Shown: in pieces, positions 36,047-41,137 of the stretch
Position numbering within the stretch: the stretch's first letter is position 1
Layout of the letters: each line of letters starts with the position of its first letter
Assembly (NCBI GenBank): GCA_043804515.1
Contig: JAZDIZ010000003.1
Span: forward strand, 1 to 41,137
DNA length: 41,137 nucleotides
Direction of reading: 5' to 3'
Source: Pseudomonadota bacterium
GTDB lineage: Bacteria; Bdellovibrionota_G; JALEGL01; DATDPG01
Program-made: the position numbers and the translations under genes
The notes under the pieces: model-generated
The model's database searches: none
What the model was told of the DNA's origin: nothing
What the model saw: only the letters and a program-made list of their open reading frames with translations

Positions 36047-37405
36047 ATGGAGGGGGCAGGTTTTGCGCACGGCGTCAGGCGCCGTTTGGTCGGCATTCCC
36101 GTAAGTTTGGTCGGCATTTGGGCGTTGTTTTGGTGCGCCCAAACTGCGGCCGCGGATCTTTCCACAAGTATTCCCGTTCATTTCAGCGTTGGTCCCGATT
36201 GCAGCCAGGATCTGGTCGTTTCGACGCTGAAATCCGCGAAATCGACGGTTCTGATCAACGCGTACGAGCTTCGTGATTCTCTCGTCACGGACACCCTCGT
36301 TGCGTTGATTCGGAGAGACGTCAAGGTGCTGGTGCTCGTGGAAGCGAATCCCGTCGGACTGATTACGCAGACCAGCGTGAAGGATCTGCAGACGATCCAG
36401 GATGAAATGAATCAACATGTCGACCCGGCGGGCCGTTGGAATCGGATCTGGCTGATCGGGGCGCCCCCCAAGCAGAAGGGCCGCTATAGCTTTGATCATG
36501 CGAAATATATGGTGATCGATTCGAACCTCGTCTTTGTTTCTTCCGACAACTTCGTGGAGCCCGCGTTTCCCGATTCCGGGCTTACGGGCTATCGAGGATG
36601 GCAAGTGGCCGTGGAGGATCCGATCCTTGCGAACGCCGTCACGGATATTTTCCACGAGGACTTGGATGCGTCCTTCGGCGACGTTCAGGACTTCAAGCAG
36701 GCCAAGCTTCGCGTGACGACCAAGTCCAGTCGGCCTCTGGCACCGAGGAAGGCCGACTTATCCGAGGAGTCAGGTCTGGCGGCAGCCGTCACGCTCATCA
36801 CATCTCCGAACACACCGCGTCCTGATGACGGCGTTCTGGGCCCGGGGGGCTCGACGGACGCTCTTGTGAAGGTCATGCAAAACGCCCATTCACACCTGGA
36901 ATTCGAGATGCTGTCGCTTCCGCTGTACTGGCAGGCCGGGGGGGGAGGGAAAAACGTGAGTCCACTGGTGTCCGCAGTCGTCACAGCTGCGAAGGCCGGA
37001 GCCCAAGTGCGGGTGTTGCTGAACGACGAAAGTGTCTTCGGTATGTCGGCCGAGGACCCGCCGCCGGAAATGAGTATGATCGAAAGCGCGAATAGGAACG
37101 AAGCCACGGTCGCGTACCTTCAACATGTGGCCCGGTGCCAGAACCTTCCTCTTCACGCCCGGATCGTGAATCTTGCCGCGGCCGGACTGCTCGTCCTCCA
37201 CAACAAAGGCCTCCTTTTGGATGATGGGTTGAACCGGGAATACGCCCTGATCGGTTCCATAAACGGCACAAAGGGCTCCGCCATGGACAATCGGGAAGTG
37301 GCTCTGCTCGTTCAAAGCACGGATGCGTCCAAATATTACGGAGAGGCCTTTCAGCGGGATTGGAATGCCTCGCCCGAGGTCGCGGATTCGACCCCCTGCG
37401 AATAG
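36047..37405 (+). CDS. Secreted phospholipase D-family protein (two HKD motifs)
   Basis: HAKYMVID and HNKGLLLD, GSIN, NRE; N-terminal signal. Start could be further up- or downstream. Confidence 0.88.
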   Translation: MEGAGFAHGVRRRLVGIPVSLVGIWALFWCAQTAAADLSTSIPVHFSVGPDCSQDLVVSTLKSAKSTVLINAYELRDSLVTDTLVALIRRDVKVLVLVEANPVGLITQTSVKDLQTIQDEMNQHVDPAGRWNRIWLIGAPPKQKGRYSFDHAKYMVIDSNLVFVSSDNFVEPAFPDSGLTGYRGWQVAVEDPILANAVTDIFHEDLDASFGDVQDFKQAKLRVTTKSSRPLAPRKADLSEESGLAAAVTLITSPNTPRPDDGVLGPGGSTDALVKVMQNAHSHLEFEMLSLPLYWQAGGGGKNVSPLVSAVVTAAKAGAQVRVLLNDESVFGMSAEDPPPEMSMIESANRNEATVAYLQHVARCQNLPLHARIVNLAAAGLLVLHNKGLLLDDGLNREYALIGSINGTKGSAMDNREVALLVQSTDASKYYGEAFQRDWNASPEVADSTPCE

Positions 37406-37480
37406 CAAACAAGAGCCTTCCCTGATGGGATATGGAGAAACGCCGGGGGATCCACGCCGATCCCTTTGCGGCTTAGCGGA

Positions 37481-37876
37481 TCAATTGTCCACTGCTTCGG
37501 ATCTCGTCGCCGTCCCCGTTACGATAATTCCGCTGCCGTCATTTTTCTCAGGTTCGAAATATCGGAAAGTGACCGACTCAAGGCTGTAGAGTTTCCCGTT
37601 TCGTCCCCGAACGGGCGGATCATCTTCCTTTCTGGGAAGAGACCTTGTTACCTTTGTCAAACAACCTTCGAGCGTACTGCCCGTCGTAGACACCGTGGAA
37701 CCCTCAGTCGGCATCTTGATTACAAGCGTGAAGCGGTCCTGTATCGGGCGTGGAAGGTCGGAACCCACGCGCGCTCTTTCGTACCACGGAGTTATCACGC
37801 AATTCCCGGCGTAGGCCAGGCACGGAAGGATAGGGGAGGCTAAAGCCGCTAAATATATTGCCAAGACCTTTCCCAT
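37481..37876 (-). CDS. Hypothetical secreted protein
   Basis: Signal peptide (AYA); SD GAGGG. Confidence 0.65.
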   Translation of the reverse strand: MGKVLAIYLAALASPILPCLAYAGNCVITPWYERARVGSDLPRPIQDRFTLVIKMPTEGSTVSTTGSTLEGCLTKVTRSLPRKEDDPPVRGRNGKLYSLESVTFRYFEPEKNDGSGIIVTGTATRSEAVDN

Positions 37877-37959
37877 GTTTCCCTCTTTTCACCGTTGGGG
37901 TGCAGTCTGGTCCCTCCGGCTGTGGCTCGTCAAGGGCCCCTCCGGGGTAGCAAATTCCA

Positions 37960-38925
37960 CTACTTGGCTCGTTCGGTGTGCCTTTGCGGCTGTAATTGGG
38001 CAAGACGGGCTTGAAGAGCGCGGATCAGAATCTGGTTCATCTGCGGAACGGACGTCGTGGCCACATTGTTGTGCTCGAAAACATCGAAGATGGCGTCGAA
38101 CGTGACTCTCAGAAGTTCGGCGTCAGGCGTATTTTCCAACCGCTGTCCCAAGAATCCCCGCACAGGTGCCAACGCAAGATGCGGCTCCGCTTGCGTCCAT
38201 GTCCGGGCGTCGCAATGATTCTCAAAACTTCGCGGCGCTATTGTCGAATCTCGCGAAGCCTTCTTGTAAAGCAGGCGCGTTCGTTGCACGAAGTTTGATT
38301 CCGATTCGATGAAGGATCCGTAATTCGTGCGCAGCGCGTTGGCGATCACTTCGGGATCCTTAAGGACGATTACGGCAAGAAGATCCGCCCACAGCTCGTT
38401 AAATGCGGCGGACGTGCCGACATAATCCGGAACCATGGCAGGGACAAACCGCCAGAACCAGTGTTGGACCGGATTGATGTGCTTTCGGGCTACGAACTCC
38501 GAGACGAAAACGAAATGTCCCGCTTCGTGGATCGTTTCGGCGGCCAATTCTTTGGGCGAAAGTTTCGGGGGAGCATCGATCCGCACAAGATTAAGTGACG
38601 CGTCGAGAACTCCTTCAACGAAGGGGTCGCCGCGATTGGAAATGGCGTCACTGAATTCTTTGTCGGTTTCGAATTGTTCGATTTGAACGTTCAGGTCTCC
38701 CTCGTTGAATCGCATCCCGGCTTGCTTTGCCAAGGCAAACGCTTGTTTCAAGCCCTCCTTGGTAGCTTGGAGTTCGCTTGAATCCACGCCCCGTGTCCAC
38801 AGGATATATCGCGAGGCAGCCGAGACCGGGGCGGCCAGGCAGAAGGCGCAGATGCAACACAAGGCGCCGAAAATGGGGCGAACGATTCTTTTCACCATCC
38901 GTATCTGCTTGCTGAAAATTCTCAT
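37960..38925 (-). CDS. Secreted putative zinc metallopeptidase (gluzincin-like)
   Basis: Signal peptide; IHEAGH followed ~35 aa later by AFNELWAD. Confidence 0.72.
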   Translation of the reverse strand: MRIFSKQIRMVKRIVRPIFGALCCICAFCLAAPVSAASRYILWTRGVDSSELQATKEGLKQAFALAKQAGMRFNEGDLNVQIEQFETDKEFSDAISNRGDPFVEGVLDASLNLVRIDAPPKLSPKELAAETIHEAGHFVFVSEFVARKHINPVQHWFWRFVPAMVPDYVGTSAAFNELWADLLAVIVLKDPEVIANALRTNYGSFIESESNFVQRTRLLYKKASRDSTIAPRSFENHCDARTWTQAEPHLALAPVRGFLGQRLENTPDAELLRVTFDAIFDVFEHNNVATTSVPQMNQILIRALQARLAQLQPQRHTERAK

Positions 38926-38948
38926 TTCTTCTCTCCACCCCATACCGC

Positions 38949-38964
38949 TGCAAGAGGCGTTCCT
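38949..38964 (-). promoter_or_regulatory. Sigma54 -24/-12 promoter (variant)
   Basis: Minus strand reads AGGAACGCCTCTTGCA (GG-N10-GC); predicted 13-nt leader with GGAG; AT-rich palindrome TAGTTAAT-aat-ATTAACTA at 38981-38999. Confidence 0.6.
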
Positions 38965-39165
38965 AGAAGGAGCGGACGAATAGTTAATAATATTAACTAG
39001 TTGTAAATTCACAGGTGCCGAAAATCGGATCACTCCTGGGAGGGAAAAGTCTCAACGAAGCAATGAGTGGTTTTCTCTCCTCAAACATTCGCTACACCTT
39101 GACTGGAGAAAAGGAGGGCCGGGGGCCTTTTCGGCGTCCTTTGAATTGTGATAACCGTCGGCCTT

Positions 39166-40116
39166 ATGCGAGCGATAGTCATCGATGAATTCGGCGGGAT
39201 TGAACAACTGAAAGAACGGGAGCTGCCCACGCCCGTTCCGACGGACGAGGAGGTATTGATCAAGATCGCGTACGCGGCGGTGAATCCCGTGGATTGGAGG
39301 ATCCGGCAGGGACAATACAAGGAGCGATTCTCGTACGGGTTTCCGGTCATCCTGGGTTGGGATGCGGCCGGCACGATCGTGAAGTGCGGGCGGAACGTGC
39401 AAAGGTGGAAAAAGGGCGACGAAGTTTACGCCTATTGCCGCAAGCCCCAGGTTCAGTGGGGAACGTATGCGGAATACGTTTCGATTCCGCAGGAGTTCGT
39501 GGCGACCAAGCCGAAAAAGGCTTCATTTGCCGAGGCTGCTGCGATTCCTCTGGCGGGGCTGACGGCTTGGCAATCCCTTTTTGATTCCGCGCACCTGAAG
39601 CGCGGGGAGGGCGTTCTGATTCACGCCGGTGCGGGGGGCGTGGGTGGGTACGCCGTTCAGTTCGCCAAATGGGCCGGTGCGACAGTCATCACGACGGCGA
39701 ACCGGAAGAATCACGGCTATGTCAAGGAGCTGGGCACCGACCACGCTATTGATTATTCGAAAGAGGATTTTGTCCCGGCCGTTCTAAAGGTTTTTCCCGA
39801 CGGCGTGGACGTCGTCTACGACTGCGTCGGCGGCGACGTTTATGCAAAGAGCTTTCCCTGTCTCAAGACAGGCGGCCGGATTGTCAGCATTCGGCATCCC
39901 TCCGATCCCGAGCTGGACAAGAAATACGGCGTGACGAGTTCGTATGTCTTTGTTCACCCGGACGGAACACAGCTGAAGGAAATAGCGGGGCTTTTCGATA
40001 GCGGAAAAATCAAGGCGCCTGCATTGACGGAATTTTCTTTGTCTGAGGTCAGAAAGGCGCACGAAGCGTCGGAAACCCGCCATATCCGCGGCAAGATCGT
40101 GTTGAAGGTGGAGTAA
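39166..40116 (+). CDS. NADP-dependent quinone oxidoreductase (MDR family)
   Basis: AVNPVD, ILGWDAAG, GTYAEY, AAIPLAGLTAWQ, HAGAGGVG, RGKIVL. Confidence 0.93.
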   Translation: MRAIVIDEFGGIEQLKERELPTPVPTDEEVLIKIAYAAVNPVDWRIRQGQYKERFSYGFPVILGWDAAGTIVKCGRNVQRWKKGDEVYAYCRKPQVQWGTYAEYVSIPQEFVATKPKKASFAEAAAIPLAGLTAWQSLFDSAHLKRGEGVLIHAGAGGVGGYAVQFAKWAGATVITTANRKNHGYVKELGTDHAIDYSKEDFVPAVLKVFPDGVDVVYDCVGGDVYAKSFPCLKTGGRIVSIRHPSDPELDKKYGVTSSYVFVHPDGTQLKEIAGLFDSGKIKAPALTEFSLSEVRKAHEASETRHIRGKIVLKVE

Positions 40117-40594
40117 GCGACAGGCCGAGAGGTTGGTCAAGGAGGGCGGGGCCTATTGCAGCTGACGCGAGGCCGAAATTGCTCGAAGATGAAAAGTTAG
40201 AAGTTGTTTATGGGGGAGTCGTCTGAGGGCTTTGCCGATGTCGTGAGCCGAGGTCCGTTGGAAATTCCGAGCTGAAGATCAGCGGTTGTTTAGAGGGGAG
40301 ATTCGTCGGGCAACCCTACCGGTAAGGTTGTTGAAAAAATCGCGGAATTTTGTGGAAAAATAATGAGCGAGAGTGATTTTTTTCTATCTTTTTTTCTTGA
40401 CTGACCCGAGCCCGGATTGTTTGGAACCAAAGCCTCAATCTCTATAAAGCCCTTATGCCGCGCCTATTTGCCGCTGGTGACGTGTAATCGCTTCTTTCGT
40501 GAAACCCTCAATTTCGTACCGTAATCACAGTTCTGAGACCCCAAAGAACGCCTCGAAAAACGGGTGCTAGGCTCTCCCAAAAAGGGAGAACGCC

Positions 40595-41137
40595 ATGCCC
40601 ATTTCCGCGAATCTTGAATCGCTTACGAATTCCGAGCTTCACCAACGGACGATCGAACTGGCCAAGAAGGAGCGGCAGGCGACGTTAGAGCTTCTTAACC
40701 ACCTTCATGAGGTCGAACGAAGAAAGCTCTTCGCTGAAAGAGGCTACGGGTCCTTGTGGGATTACGTCCAAAGGGCATTGGGCTACAGCGAAAGCCAGGC
40801 CTATGAACGGATCTCAGCCATGCGCCTCATGTTTCGAGCACCTGAAGTCCAGGTGGCCCTGGAGACGGGAAAACTCACCTTAACCCAGGCGGCTATGGCG
40901 GAGAGGCACCTCCGGGCGGAGGAGCGGTCTTACGCGAAACCCGTTCCCGCAGAGAAGGTGGAATCTCTTGTCAACCGGATTGAGGGGTTGAGCAAACGGG
41001 AGACCGAGAAGGTCCTTCTGAGAGAGGCTCCTGAAAGACCCCTTACGTCCGAGACGGTCCGGCCCATCACGGCGGAGATCAGCGAAGTGAGGTTCCCGAT
41101 CACCGAAGAGACCCGGCAAGCCATGGAGAGGTTCTGG
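40595..41137 (+). CDS. DUF222-like/HNH-endonuclease-family protein, N-terminal part (runs off window)
   Basis: Not in the ORF track. SD GGGAG, then MPISANLESLTNSELHQRTIELAKKERQATLELLNHLHEVERRKLFAERGYGSLWDYVQRALGYSESQAYERISAMRL, the helical N-terminus of multicopy HNH proteins I recall from Bdellovibrio-like genomes. The HNH motif itself is not visible. Confidence 0.7.
   Translation, partial: MPISANLESLTNSELHQRTIELAKKERQATLELLNHLHEVERRKLFAERGYGSLWDYVQRALGYSESQAYERISAMRLMFRAPEVQVALETGKLTLTQAAMAERHLRAEERSYAKPVPAEKVESLVNRIEGLSKRETEKVLLREAPERPLTSETVRPITAEISEVRFPITEETRQAMERFW

Noticed and set aside
40573..40589. SD-sequestering hairpin TCTCCC-AAAAA-GGGAGA
   Set aside because: A plausible extended -10 (TGcTAGGCT) would start transcription inside it; unresolved without TSS data.

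Overview
GC-rich bacterial chromosomal window from a diderm organism. Several accessory families resemble those of Bdellovibrionota/deltaproteobacteria, but this assignment is inference. Main blocks: (1) a partial sigma54 activator, a ferredoxin, an amidase and a run of orphan secreted proteins/lipoproteins, with four clear sigma54 (-24/-12) promoters across the window; (2) a compact four-gene operon that looks like sphingolipid synthesis (SPT, bCerS-like GNAT, CerR-like SDR, Aur1/IPC-synthase-like PAP2); (3) a nine-gene operon with an unknown protein, two DRTGG proteins, an RsbT-like kinase, a degenerate [FeFe]-hydrogenase-fold protein, a Cys-rich protein and a HydC/HydB/GltD-NuoG (StnABC-type) bifurcating complex; (4) a PA14-like lipoprotein preceded by a mosaic ~1.0 kb tandem duplication carrying start-less alternative C-termini of that lipoprotein; (5) fused NfnAB, rubrerythrin, gdhA and a receiver/PEP-binding-domain protein; (6) PLD, an HExxH protein, a quinone oxidoreductase and the 5' part of a DUF222-like/HNH-family gene. 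I saw no tRNA, rRNA, CRISPR array, transposase, integrase or reverse transcriptase. All calls come from motif reading by eye; no database searches were run.
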